Shown here: positions 1 to 13,299 of the stretch, in pieces
How the letters are laid out: each line of letters begins with the position of its first letter
Numbering within the stretch: the stretch's first letter is position 1
Assembly: GCA_036172245.1 (NCBI GenBank)
Contig: JAYWIR010000047.1
Coordinates: 744,001 to 808,000, forward strand
Length of the DNA: 64,000 nt
From: Raillietiella orientalis
Taxonomy: Eukaryota
Direction: 5' to 3'
Position numbers and translations under genes: made by a program
Notes under the pieces: model-generated
What the model was told of the DNA's origin: nothing
The model's input: the letters and a program-made list of their open reading frames with translations, nothing else
The model's database searches: none

Positions 1-99
1 CCATCCATTTCTTGCTCAGTTTGCGCGTGTGTGCTTTGGATGACAGCGTGTTCCTTCCATAGAAATAGATTCTTTTCCCGATGCACTCGGTTGTGTTCC

Positions 100-1400
100 A
101 CAAAAATCCGCAGCTCGCAATTAGAAAACCGTCCGCCGTTGGCCTGATAATTTTAGGCAGGCTACGAAACGGTTGCCATGCTAACGTGCTGAGCATTGTT
201 TAAAACGAAATAACGGAAAAAAATTCCTTCGAAGGAAATGCAGCCGAAACGAAGAGATGCCACTTGCTCGAATCACATGGATGCGAAAATGCTCACGAGA
301 GATTTTTTTTCTCCTTCTTCTTCGATACTACGAGTATACAAAAATGGTCCCGTTACAGCATCAGCCACTTCGCATATCCAAATTTTATTTCCGCTCGAAG
401 ATCACGTCTCGACGACCTTTGATTAGTCAATTAGCAGAATGTAAACCTCTGAAACTCTTCGTATTCCAAGGCAAAACCGACGGCGGGAAAGCATCTTTTC
501 GGTGGCTCGCCCCCCCCCCTCCCCCATCCGAGGGATCACCTTCCGTAGAGAGAGTCCTCCTAATAGCCTGCTTTTTCGAATTTTTCCATGAGATGTACTC
601 GCGGTAGAATCCTCAGGAATTTCCAGGCCGTAGCCATGGAACCGAATAAGTAGGGGGAGGAGGGAAAAATCTCCGCTCGAATGGGTTCAAGACCGATTTC
701 ATTATAATTATAGGCAGCACCAACATTGAGGTTGTTTATGGAAACGTATTTGAAACGACCATTTTTACGTATATAAGACTTACTGCCGTCCTTAATGAGA
801 AAGCGGAAAGGGAAGATTCCGTTCGTGGCTGTGATTAGCAACAATGGTACAGAGGCTCCGTCGTCACGGTGAGCATCTGGGCAAGGCGCACCAGAGGATC
901 AAGCAAGGATGTACTCTTTTCACTTCATCCCAGGGGCCGTGTCAAAGGATGAATGTTTACGACGACATGCCACTGCATACTGCTGCTGCCGCAAACAAAA
1001 ATTAAGGAAGGAAAGGAGGGTAAACCATAACGAAAACTGCTCTGTGGGAGGACTCTGTAGCGAATCACCACAGAGAAGCACTGGCGAACTAAAACTCAAC
1101 CATCAACAGAAACGAATATTGAGGAGTGCTATTAACGCAGCCCATCTAATACTCGACCAAAATCCGGAAGGGATCCCAATTCTTCCCAAAGTTTTGGAAG
1201 TGGGTGTTTCTTGGAAGAAAGAATGCGCGATATGGAAAGTGAAAGATGATCACAGCTTGTGATCCATCCATTGAATCGACAGTTTCCAAAGTTGTTCTGC
1301 AGAAGATGGAAGCATGAAATCTAATCAGTGCACATGAAAAAGATTTGTGACTGCCTGAACCCTAAGAATTTTTGTAGATTTGTTTTTTCTCTGTTATTCT
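100..1400 (+). mobile_element. Decayed L1/Tx1-like LINE ORF2 (RT) remnant
   Basis: LRSNGFKTDFIIIIGSTNIEVVYGN (about 670-750) resembles GFG..FI.WI..LY....V.VNG; ELKLNHQQKRILRS...ILPKVL resembles the post-RT region. Confidence 0.4.
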
Positions 1401-1479
1401 TTTTTTTAAAAAAAAAAAAGAAAAAGAAAAAGAAATTGGAACAAATGAGCATCTTAGGGGATTCGCAAAACCATCATCT

Positions 1480-3500
1480 AAATCAGCATCAGCTTCGAGA
1501 ATGAACAGCAAAAAATCTGAACATCAGAGGAAGGTGAGAGTCCTAACACCGAGGAACCCTCAGGTGTGCTCCTGATGGAATACTGCAGGAAGGACTCGTG
1601 GCCAAAGTCACTGTGCCCACACATGACTCTTTTGTTTGTCTTTTTGCTTGTCCTTCTTTTCAGGGGCCATATGTACAAGAGAAAGTCGTGCGTCTAATAA
1701 CAAGGGGATGCGTTCTTCGAGCATGGTGAACGAGAAAGAGTCTGCAGGCTGAAAATTGCTTGCTTACTCTTTCCAAGTTCGAGTTGGCGCACAACGTGGA
1801 GAAAAGACTGGAACACTTCTTCCACTGAAGGCACCTGGCAAATGCTTACAGACTGAGGCATCTTTGTAGAAAGACCGACTAAACATTGGGTGCTGTCTCC
1901 GTATGGAGGAAAGCATGGGTTCCTGAAAGAGGCCATCAACCCATTCCAACACGGGTGACGAATTCCCGATTTTCTTTTGGAAAATGAAGGAGAGAGGGTG
2001 CAGGAATCGATGATCATTCGTTTTCCGACCGGGCTGCTTTCGATTCAGAGGCAGAGTCAAGTTCGTCGACTCACCCATCCGGGGTGGTATCGAGAGAAAA
2101 AAACGTCGAAGCTACAGTTTAACAGAAGGAAAGAAAAATCTTTTTCCAGAGCAGGGAGACAAAGTGATCAATCACCAACACTAACACGACCTCTCTGCCA
2201 GTTATTTCCCTTGTTGCTCTGAAATTACTTGGACTCTCATTGGGCCTTTAGCATAGGATGGCCATTCCTCGGGAAGGCTAGCGATTCTTCGTCCCTCTGT
2301 GAGAGTGTGGGAGGAGGGAGAGAGGAGGCATACAGATTCCTCCGAAGCAACAAAATAAGGAAGTGAGCAGCAGGCAGGCAGAGACATCCTGCCTTCTATC
2401 GCCTACGCTTGTCATCATCCCCTGAGTCTCCTCAAACCGCCTTCCAAAAGAGCGGAAACCTCCCGAAGTGGGGGAAACAACGGTTTCACCCTCAAAAGAA
2501 AACAATGCATAGGCACAAAAGGATGGATGCAAAGGATGTGTCCGCTTAAGCGGCACGCAACGAGCAATTTCATCTAAACGCATGGGCGGTATTCGCGATC
2601 AGCGAGAATTCATCTCAATCGAAGATGGAGGGCGAGAGTCAGAGAGCCCACTTTGATCTTTTTCGCCTTCTGGGAAAAGGGCCTCCGAACGTCTGCAATT
2701 TGTGTCTCTGTAAGGATGAAAACGTACCCGTTATGGAAACGCAACTGGTCCGCAGAGGCAGGGAGGAACGCTCGCGAGGATCTTACCTGGTAAATGGGGC
2801 TACCCAACAGCCACGAGTACCGCTGAAAGAGCATGGAGAGCGAAACACCCGTCTGGGTACATCCTGCTTGCACTGTGGTAGAGGAGGAAGTTCATCTGGT
2901 CCGGGGAGCGAGGAACCAGAAAGTTGCCCAACGCGCTCTGCCACCAGCATGCTTATGCACAACCGCGTACTGGGAAGAGCATGCAAAGCACGCGGTTCGA
3001 GCATGTCCATAGGGTAACGTTGGATTGTCCGTTAGCAAAAAACCTCTGCATGTTCCGGAGTAACATCACATTGCCTCGCTTCCCCCCTCCCAAATACACA
3101 CACGGGTATAACACATCTGAAATGTCACTGTGATTTTCCGCAGATTGCAGCCATTAGGAGCTTAAAATAAACCGATTTCAAAATGATGGATGCTCCGATT
3201 TCCTTCCACCCCCGGAACTTATCGCGAAGAGAGGTTCGCTCCCGTTGGGAAAACATCCATAAAGAAAATTTCCATCCCTGCTCTGAAATTTCGGCTTCGC
3301 GGCTAGTAAGGCAGACGGATATTTTTGCTTCCTGAAGAAATGAACACCGCACCGCGCGATCCCCGAAAACCCGTTGCACGACTCCACGGGAGCGATTGTT
3401 GCTGCGCCGTTGTCATGACGATGGAGGCCTAGGCCGCGCGACGCGAGCTGCTCTTCGAATACCATTTTATGAGCACATGGAAAGGCCAGTGGGTTCTTGG
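1480..3500 (-). mobile_element. Decayed L1/Tx1-like LINE, endonuclease plus RT (internally deleted)
   Basis: CSFLQEAKI (ORF 3125-3379) resembles the EN motif FLQETK; RKSGIRHPCWNGL and SVEEVFQSF...LELGKS (ORF 1694-2017) resemble GVRQGCPLS and LN..KS. Confidence 0.6.
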
Positions 3501-3701
3501 GAAAGAGCGCGCCCCTGAGAAAAATAGGAAAAGAAACAGGAGGGGCAGAAGCGGAAAAGGAGAAACCCTGTTGCTGCTGCTCCACCCCTACGCGTTACGT
3601 GACAGCGGAATATAACTGATATCCCTGATAATTTCCAGGAAAAGTGAGAACAGTAAGGAGGGTAAATCTTCTTCTCTGGATGCAAAGCCTTGATGTTCTT
3701 T

Positions 3702-3727
3702 TCTCTCTCTCTCTCTCTCTCTCTCTT
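3702..3727. repeat. (CT)n microsatellite
   Basis: Read directly from the sequence. Confidence 0.95.
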
Positions 3728-5399
3728 TCTGTTAAAGAAGAGGGAAAAAAAACATTAGAATAAACAGGTCCGTTGCCTTGCCTTCTCGCGGTAACGAGGC
3801 CCACGCCGACGGATCCGGGGATCCGATGGGGTGTTGGTGGAAAGCGCACAAAACCTGGAGCCAAATCATAGCAAACGCGCATCGAAAGTGAGAAGAGAGG
3901 AGAGAGGAGGAGAAGGGGGTGTGGAGAGAGGGGAGAGAGATTCAAGCACGCGTTATTTTCCCATCAACTTCCCAGACTCATAGGACCCACAAACTGCCAA
4001 AAGTTTGGTCTCGTGCCGAAACGATAGGCATGCACAGAAAAAGGAAATGGAAGTGGCAGCAGCCCTTCCCTTCCCAAATCTTCCCAGCCCTCGCACATAC
4101 ACAAAGGCAGAGAGAAGGGGGAGAGAAAGAGGACGGGGAGCGGAAAGTTCACGAGATCACGCATTCAAGTACTCCAAGACGTTTCCTAAGAGGTGGAGGA
4201 GGGGGAGAGAAAAGGGAGGGAGGGGAGGAGGGCGGCAGAACTCTATGCGTGATTCCGCGCGCCTGCGATAAAGCGCTGGGAACCATTTGCATAGCAAATT
4301 ATGCAAACCCGCGGTTACACAAGACTGCTTTTGGTGTTTTTCTTTCTTTCTTTTTTGTTTGTCGTTTCGAGAAGGCTTGCGTGCAGCCTTGACACACATG
4401 GAGAAGGATCGGCCACCTAGGCGTTTTTACGAGTCCGGGAGAAAGGGGAGTGGAAGCGGATGGGGGAGGCGGCAGTGGCGGCCGCCGAGAAGACGCATGA
4501 ATGAGCCGGCGGGCCGGGTGGACAGAAACCGAGCGAGGACCGTACGGTATGGTACGGTCACCCTTCTGAGAGGTTCGGCAGTCCCCTCCCCCCCGTACCC
4601 GAGCGGACGACAGAGAGGAGGAGGGCAAAGCTCCCTTGCGCGAGAAACGTTCCGTGCCTCTCTGCAAGCATGCTCTACTGGCACCCCTTCGCGGCATCCG
4701 TCCCCCCCTTAGGCAGAGGAGAGAGGAGGAGGGAGAGGAACGGTGCAGGATGGCCGCGTCCCTTGCGCCTCCGTTCGAACGAATGCTTCCCAGGAAGGAA
4801 AGGAACGCGACAACCAGAGAAAGGGGATGAGGAAGGCGGTGCGCTCTCAGGGAGGAGGAGGAGGAAGAGAGGAGAGATCGAATCGATCCTCCCATTCCTT
4901 CTCTTCTCCCGGCCTCCCGAACTGGCGGCGGCGGCGCAGCAGCTATTCCCGCCCGCGCGCGCGCTCATCGCTCCGGATGCCGCGCGCGTTTCCCTTCCCC
5001 CCTCCTCCTCTTCTGCTCTCGCTACTTCCGGGAAAAATTGCCGCGTGTTTACTTCCTGGTCCGCGTCCTTGAACCGCGCGCGTCCCTGAGCTTGCCGTTG
5101 ACATCCCAACCTTGAATGCGCGCGCACGCGTACCTGCGCGCACGCGCGCTTCCTCCAGGCAGTGGAGGCAGCAGCAGCGAAAGCAGCATTGGCGCTTGGC
5201 GAACGCGGCGGCGGGTTAAGTGCGGGGGGGGGAGGGCGGACAAGGGGGAGGGAGTCGGAAGGGAACACGGATGGACGGACAGCGGTGGTGGGACAGTGAA
5301 TGAACCGGGGTAAGGGTGAGTCGGAACGGACGGTGGTGGCACTTTCCACTCGTCTGCGCCCTCCTTCCCAGAAACAAGGAGAGAAAAAAATCTCTTCCC

Positions 5400-8300
5400 C
5401 CTCCTCTGCCGACGGGACAGAGGAAACCGCCTTTCAGGAACTGCCGAGCACGACAGGCAGAAGCGCTCGAGCTGTCCCTCCCCACCCTCCACTCCCCCGC
5501 GGGAGTCGAGCGTCCGAGGGAGTCGGAACCCCACCAACCTGGGCGGGGGGTGGGGACCCTGGAAGAGCAGGTCGGCTGCGGAGGCTGTTCGTCCCTCCCC
5601 CCGCCCTTCCTCCCGACGTCCTCCGAGGTGGCCAATCTCCATGACACAGTTGGAAAGGATTACGAGAGGCTCCGGCGACCCTGACACACTTCCGCCGCGC
5701 GCGCCGGCCGGCTCTTGCGGAACGCCCGCGAAGGATGCGGCGGCGGCGGGCGCGGCTTGCGACACACCGCCGCGCGTTTTCGAAACGTCCCGGGGGGACA
5801 GCGGGGAAGAGGAGGAGGCGCGCGTTTCCCCCTTCCCTTTCTCCGGAAGGAGCGCGGGAACGTCGCCGCCGCCGCCGCCGCCCCCTCCCCCCGCTGTCTC
5901 CGGAGGGAGCGCGCGCGTCGTGTCCTTCCGCGCGGAAGATCGGCACGTGCCTTCGGTGGTGCCGCATCCGAGCGGCGGCGGCCAGGGGGAGCGCGCGCGC
6001 ACCCGAGCGGTGAAAGTTGGCATCGGCGCGGGCAGCGGAGAGCGGAAGGGGTGGGAGGGGAGGCGAGCTGCGCGCTGCCTTTTTCCCCTTCCCTTTCTCC
6101 GGAAAGAACCCTCCCTCCCCCTCTCTTTCCCGCGCGGAAGCGCATCCATCTCCGGCAGGGGCGCGCCCCTCGCAGGCCCGCTGGTGTGGGGAGCGGAGTC
6201 CGGTGATCGGCTCGCTCGTGCTGGAGGATCCTCTCGAACCACCGTCCGGCGGAGGCAACACTCAGCCCTGGGAGGGGGGGGGGAGCGTCTTTCCCACCAT
6301 TGCTGGTGGTCGGGGACGGGGTTTGAAGGGACTGGCGCTCTCAGGGTGGCTCAGAGGAGCCTCTCCGAGTCTCCCACACAGCAGCAGCTAGAGCGACAGC
6401 AGGGGCTTCCCCTCCTCCCCCCCCCTCCAGCTGCGATGCGCGAAAGTTTTTTTTTTTTTTTTGTTCCTTTTCCTCATCTTTGCGCGCGCATTCGCCTCGC
6501 CCACTTCCGGCGGATCCTGCGACGCGCTTGCGCGTCGTCCTCCCCGGCTGGCTGGCCGGACGCGCCGCCTCGCACGGCGGCAGCAGCGGTCGTCCTCTCT
6601 CGCGCGCGCTCTCATGGCCGGGCGTGGAGGAGGAGGGAAGGAGGAGGAAGAGGAACGCACGAAGATGTGGGGTGACGAAACCGAGACCGACCGACCGAGC
6701 GAGCCAGTGCGCGTGAGCGAGGGAAGAGAGAGCGGGGAGAAAGAGAGAGGGAGAGGAGGAGGGAAGAAGATTGCGAGGAGCATCCGACCTCACGGGCGGG
6801 AAGGATCATCTGCTCGGCAGCCGTAACCGGAGCGGAATGCAGTGCTGCGGGGGTTGACGCGGCAGCGGCGGACTCGGTCACGTGACGTGGCCTCCGGGAG
6901 CTGCCTGCGCGCGCTCATCGCGAGAAACGGCGCGTTGGGGGAGAAGACGGCAGAAGGAAAGGAAAGAAAAGGGGAAAAAAGGCGCGTCCGCGCACTGACG
7001 CGCTGCCTCCGCCGCCACCGCCGCGACCATCTCCCGAGCGCGTCCTGCTATTTTTTTTCCCGGAAGCGGATGCGGAAAAGGCTTCGCGCTAAGGAAAGAA
7101 GGAAGGGACGCGTGAGACCGGAGGCGGTGGGGGGGGAGGAGGGGGCAGGAGAGCCGCGCGCGGTCTCCGCTTCCCCGTCCGGTCTCGCGCACGCTCCAAC
7201 AGCCGCCGCTCGGCCAATCGCGAGCCGCCTCCTGCGAGCGCTTCCTTTCCGTCCCGCCGCCTCTCCTGCGGACCGTTTGACCCGGCGGCTCCTCAGGGGG
7301 AGAGAGAGAAGGGAAGGGGAGGAACTTCGGAAACCCGCGAGGTCGGGCGTAGCGTGGTGCGGTGCGACGTCACCGTCGCCAGATGCGCGCGTCCTCTCCC
7401 TCGGATGCGGGGACCGGGGAAGGAAGACGGAAGGAGGAGGGGGGGGAGAGGCAAGGAGCCCGTGGGCGGAGGAGGGGAGAGAAAGCAAGCGTCCCCTCCA
7501 GTCACGACTAGCGCGGGGAGAGGGGACGAGCAGAGAGGGGCAAGGAAGAGGAAGCAAGCGCTCCTCCTTCCCCATCCCCTTCGCCGCATTCCCGCCTCCC
7601 CCTCCTTCCGTGTGGCACGCCAAAGGCGACGATGAGCGGGAAGATGGCTGCTCGCGCGGGCTGCGTGCGTGACCCCGAGGGCCGATGACGCACGCCTTCG
7701 CACGAACGGAGAAAGGCGACGGGGTCAACCGGGCGGGGCGCTGGTGGGCTCTTCCACTCCTTTCGCTTCCCTTCCGGTGCTGCTTCTCACCCCCCTTCCC
7801 CTCTATCCAGGGACGGACGCCGCAATGGTCCAGGACCGAGTGTCCCAAGTTGCTGCATGCCAGGAGAGCAGGAGACGCACGCCTGGAAGAGCGACCGCTT
7901 TGGTTCTCTACCCCCACACTCCCCTCCTCCTCGAGAGAGAGGGACAGGGGGAGGGGAGAAAGGGAAATTTCTTCCTTCCCGCACAGCGTCCGATTCTCGG
8001 AGGCCAATCTGGATCGCTTCCCGTCCTCCCTGCAAGATCCGTGCGTTGGCTGCTGCCCGAGGGGAGGGGGTTAGGAGTGGAGCTTCGGGTGGTGGGGAGG
8101 AGTGCTGCCCCCCCCCCCTTCCAGTTCTCCCCGGTGCTCCCTTTGACTTCCCCGAGAGCGATACGTACGTGCGCGCGCGCGCGCGCTCTCGGCAGCTCCC
8201 TCGAAGCGCGGCGGCTCGCACGTTGCCTGGGCAACGCGGCGGCAGTAGCCGGCCGCCGCCGCCGCCGCCGCCTTTGTCTGGCGGAAAAGGCGGTCGCTCG

Positions 8301-11300
8301 GGAGACCGCGCTCTTCCTCCCTCCCCCTCGCGGAGCGTTTCCGCGTTCCGAAGGGGAGAGCGGGAGGAGGAGGGGAGGAACAGCGACAGCCCGTGGGCGG
8401 CGGGGACGCCCGGAAGCCTCCTCCTCCCCCTCCCCTCTCTTTGTTCCTCTTCGGGCCGCCGTTTCCGCCGCTCTGGCTCCTCCGAGGCCGGCGTTCCGGG
8501 TTGCCGGGCAACCCGGAATGCAGGCCTGGTGCGGAAGGTACGAAAGGGGAACGGTGAGGAGGGGTGGGAAGGAGGCAGGAACCTCCGTTGCCATGGGCAG
8601 CGGAAGATCCTGGTACACAAACTCCCAGGGAATGAGGATAGAGGGTGGCGAGCTCACGACCCGACTCCCCTCCCTCTCCGGAGAAGACATGATCTCTCCC
8701 CGGAGTCCCTCCGTCGACTTCAAGGAGCGTCTGCCTCCTCCCGTGAGAAATTCGCTCGGTGGGAGTGACGGGGGGGAGGAAGGAAAGGGGAACTGCCGAC
8801 GCCTTTCACCCTCCCTCTCCTTCTCGTCCTCCCCCGCACTGACGTAACCTGAAGGTGCCTTCGCTTCTCCGGCGACCCTGACGACGACGACGCCCCTGCA
8901 CTTCCGCTCCCAGGCGGATGCACGACTCCGGGAGGGGGGAGGGGAGGAGGAGAAGGCGCGCGAATGCACTCCTGGTTCCCGTTCCGTGTCCTGCGAGCCC
9001 TTTGTCCGTCCGTCCCTTCCTCCTTCCTCGCGAGGCTTCCCGGTTGCGCCTGCAGCGCTGCAGGGATCCCCGCGGGCTCCCGCAGCTGCGGTCAGGGTCG
9101 AACGCGCCGCGTCCGGGGCGTCGCGCTCGCTCGCCCGCCATGCGTGCGTTCGCACGCGCGCACCTCGTATGCTTCCTCCCCCACGCGGATGGTGGAGGAT
9201 GGCGCCGCGTTGGTTCCACCCTCTACAGTTGGTGGCGTTTCTCTCCCTCCCCTTCCTTCACCTTCCCCTCCCCCCTGCGGGGAAGGGGGGAAGAGAAAAG
9301 GGTGCCTACCTTCGAGAGGGTGGCGGCGATGCTCCTGGTACGGGTCGAAGGCCGCCAGCTTGCCAAAGAGGGCGGCACCGCTACCTCCGTCGCCGTCCGG
9401 GGGGTCGGGCAGCTCGACCAGAGGGAGGGGGGGGGCAGCATCCCTCCGGGTGCCCTTCGTCAGCAGCGACGAGAGGAGGGTGGGGTGGGACGGGGCGCCG
9501 CCGGCGGCGAAGTTCCTCTGAGGCAGTGGGAAGCCGCCCTTCTGCTCCGGACGTGCCTCTTTCGCCCTCATCCGCAACTTGGCCATGGTCTCTCCTCGGG
9601 CGGCGGCGTCCGCGGCGGGCTGTGAAAGGTCAGAGGTCAGCATCGCAGTTGCAGCCGCGCCAGCGAACGTGACGAGGTCGTCTCGCTCGCGCGCGCGCAC
9701 CTGTGCGGCGGGGGTCCCGTAGGGGAGGGTTGTGCTAGGGAGTTGTCCTCTTTTCCCTCGTCGGTCTCCTTTCAGGCCCCCCCTCGACACTCCCCCTGCC
9801 TCCCTGGGTCAGAGGGGAGCAGCACCGCGCACGCCGCGTGCAGCTACGGCAACGTCATCGCCCCCCATCCAGCCGGAGTTGCCGGCAGGGGAACGCAGCA
9901 GGCGGAGGCATCGGGTTGCCGCGCAAAAAACAGGGGGCAGCCCGGCCCCTCTCACACGCAATTTTGCTCGACGGACCGCATCCGGCCCCTCCGTCGACCT
10001 CCCTTGACCTTCCTCGCGACCCCGAAGGACTCCGCGGGAAGGGGGAGGCAGCCGTTTTGCATGGGGATCCATGGAGTCTCCCCTGCCCTTCTTCCTTCTG
10101 CGGTCTCGCCTGGTCCTGCGAAAGCGCCCCGGGCGCTGGAGCGTTTCCCTGGCCAACCTCGTCGGTGGGCGCGACCTCCCTTCCCCTTTTTCTCCTTCCA
10201 CGTGACCATACCAATTCTCTCCAAGGTCATGCCCTGCTCCGGGCTGTGCGTGCGAGCTCACGTCAGAGGCAGGTGCGCGCGTTTCCAGAGCTGCGTTGGG
10301 GGCACGCCTCCAGCTCCCCGCCTCCAGGCAACGTCCGCCGTCGCCGGGTTTGCTGCTACCTCTGCGCACCTCGTGGCATCCCGGGGGCCGCCTCCAAGAG
10401 GAGGCCGAAACAGGAAAGGGGAGAGGGGAGTTTCTCGCGGCGCCGTTGCCCGGAGCAGTGGCGGCGGCGGCAACTGCTCCTCTGCCTTGAACTCGCGAGC
10501 TCGGCAGTCTTGCGACCCGAACCTGGCAACAATGTGGTCTCACTCAGGATGACCGCGTCCGCAGAACCGGAGCGCGGTCCCAACTTCCTGGCAACGACTC
10601 TCGTGTCTCTCCCGCGTTTTCCGACTCTTCCCCCCTTTCTCTTCTTCCCGCACCGCCCACCAAGATGCAGCGACTCCGGTCGCGCAGTCGCAACGCCCTC
10701 TGCCGCCATCATGCAACCCTTGAGGAAGGCTGCGCACGGGAGGACCACTCGCTCCCCTTTGCACTCCTGACTCCGGAGGGGAAGGGCAGCGACCAGGAGG
10801 CGGACCTTCAGGACAGCGGAGGGGCGCTCCCACGGTGACCTCCGGAGGTCGAGAGGAGAAAGGAGGGGCCGGAAGAGAAAGTCGGTAGCTGGAGCCGCGC
10901 CCTTTCCTCCCCGTCGAGCTCGCGCGGCATCGGGCGGGCGTCCGTCCATCAGAGGGAGGCAGGGGCTGACTGGTGCGCCTCCGGCCCCGCGTGTCTGTGC
11001 CCTCGAGTCGACCTCTCTCCCCCTCTTCCCGTCCATGCGGCGACCAGGGAGGGAGGGCGGCGGGCGGAGATCTGTGGTGTTCCCGGTGGCGCGGATGCCT
11101 CGAGGCGGGGCTCAGGTCCATTGGCGGCGGGTCGAGCGTTCACCAACAACGGCACCGGGACTTGTCCGTCCGAGGCGCGCCGTAGCGCCCGGAGCAGACG
11201 AAACACTCGTGCGCCGCCTCCCCCGCTTTCCCGCCGAAATCAGCGCTGCCCCGCGGCCGAGCGCGTAAGTCGTAGCGACGGGGAGGCGTGGAAAGAGTCC

Positions 11301-12000
11301 GTGAGCTGCCTCGCTCGCGCAGGTCACCGGAACCGCCGGGGTCACGCGATGGAAGCGGAAGTCGTCGTGCCGCGCGTAGAAAGGGAGACGAGCGCGCGCG
11401 CTCGTCATCGCCAGCGCCGTCTCGGAGTGGTGCTGCGAGGCGGCGAGGAGTACGCGAAAGCATTGAAAACAAAATGCTGGAGCGGTCGAGGCAGAGCGGC
11501 CGAGGGGGGTGCAAGCAGAGGTACGTGCGGAGCCAGGTCAAGAAAACGGCGGGACGTCTGAAAGCGAAACGCAGCACCCCCTCACTCCCCCTTTGTCTAA
11601 GGCGGCGGCCAACTTTCTCCCAAGAGTCGCTGCCGCCGTCGCCGCCGCCGCCTGCGTCGCCTAGGAAACACTCGATGGCGCGTGCGTTTTTTCCTATCCG
11701 CCGGAGCATTTGCACGTCCTCAGCATGGCAGGAGAAGGGCGGGTCGCGGAGAAAGGGGAGAGAACGAGGGGAAGGGGGAAGAGTGGCGGTCGCCACCTCC
11801 GTTGAGGGGCGGGCGTCCACCTGCCGGCCGCTCCCCCTCCCTCCGCATCCGTCCGTTCTACTACTTCCGCCCCGACTGCGAGGGAACGCATCCGGTCGGG
11901 GAGAGCTCTCTCCGCTGCCGCCGCCTGTGGGAGGCGAGCGATGAAGGGAACACGAGGGCGCAGGGGAGTGTTCGGAAGAGAAACGGGGGAGGAGGAGGAC
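5400..12000 (-). mobile_element. Near full-length, GC-rich decayed L1/Tx1-like LINE (ORF1, EN, RT)
   Basis: Motifs in the expected order: LPFYARHDDFR and ECFVCSGRYG (ORF1-like, about 11150-11400); ADAVILSETTL (EN, about 10550); APNAALETRA...DLGENWY (EN YAPN/GDFN, about 10200-10300); VYQDLP...HQACIPG (RT, about 8500-8620); ASPALLACSNLGHS (about 7850). Confidence 0.6.
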
Positions 12001-13299
12001 AGGATGCCACTCCTGTTCCTGCCTGCCCCCCTCCCTCTCCCCCCCCGCACTGCGGTGGCGGCAGACCGCGGTGAGCAGCGCCACATCGAGGGCGGCGCGA
12101 GGTGACACCTTGCGAGGGCAACAGCTGGCTTCCGCCTTTCCGCCCGAGGCTTCCCGCGAAGAGGAGGGCGGCCGAGCGCTCCCTCGAGGGCGCGCGCGAA
12201 AGTGAAAGCAACTGCGAGCGGGAGAACGCGGTCGATCGGCGTCGGCGTCGTCTTCCGGGCGTCTCCGCGCCTCCGCCTCCTCTCCGCCGCGGCTCCTCGG
12301 TTCCCAGGCACCGCCGGTCACCGCCTCTTCTCCGAGGACTCCGCAGCCTCACCCCTCCGTCTGGAGAGAGCGTGCGGAGCGTAACACGAGAGCGAGCGCT
12401 TCCTCGCCAGCGGAGGCGACGTCACTGCGAGGAGCGCGCGCTGACGTTACCTCCGCCTCTCCGAGAGTGGCGAGAGTTCTGGCTGCCGACGGCGACGATG
12501 CTGGTGGCCCCCCTCTCTTTTCCGTTCCTTCCTTTCCTCCTCCTGCTGGGTCCTTCCCTTCCGACCCTCAAGGCCGGAAACGGAAGTGGGTCGTGGGTCG
12601 CACCGCCTCTCCGCGCAAGACCCTCGCTGACGTCACGAGCTCGCCGGGGAGAGGGAGAGGAAGGAGGATTTTTCGCCCACCTGCGGCCTCCTTTGCTGCC
12701 GCAGACGGAGTTTGCCAGCGGGGCGCCGCGCGGCAGCCCACGAGACCGGGAGACCGGGTCAGGTCGCAGCACCGAGCCCCTTCCCTCCGCGTCCTCGCTC
12801 GACGTCCTTTCCGGTCCCCCGGTCGTGCCGCCCTCTCATCGCGCGTTCCCCCGACCGCCGCTCCGAGCTCGCAGGAGGGGGAGGCTCGGGGGGCTGCCCA
12901 TCTCCCCGCCGCCTGCGATTCTCCGCCCTTTTCCGCTGGTCCTCCCCTCCGCGGGAGGTGGTCCTCCCTCGGGAGCTAGAAAATCCTCCTCGCGAGCTCC
13001 CGCTCCCGTCTTCCCCTCCGTCCGCCCGCCCTGACGACCCTATCGGAAGGACGCCCTCCGGCGCTGCCGTTCCGCTTCGGCGAGCTCGCAGTTCTCGCCG
13101 CCCTTCCTTGCTCCGTTGATGCCCCAGGGCACGACGATCTCACACCCTCCGTCGGGTCCTCCTAGCCCCGCGAGGGCGCGCCCACCCTCCCCCGCGTGCC
13201 TGTCTGCCTGCCCGCCCGCAACCGATGGAAGTGACCAATTCCGGTGAGAGGGGGGGGGGAGGGATGACCTTCAGCTGCCTGCACTGAAGGCACCTGCCG

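Noticed and set aside
3430..3540. Strong minus-strand splice acceptor near 3516 as E74 exon 3
   Set aside because: The downstream frames give no E74-like peptide and run into a LINE endonuclease motif (FLQEAK).
10540..11140. PMDLS motif as a possible E74B-specific exon
   Set aside because: The other E74B hallmarks I recall (KKSLMKRY, GTESDDS) are absent, and the motif lies within a LINE ORF1/EN remnant.
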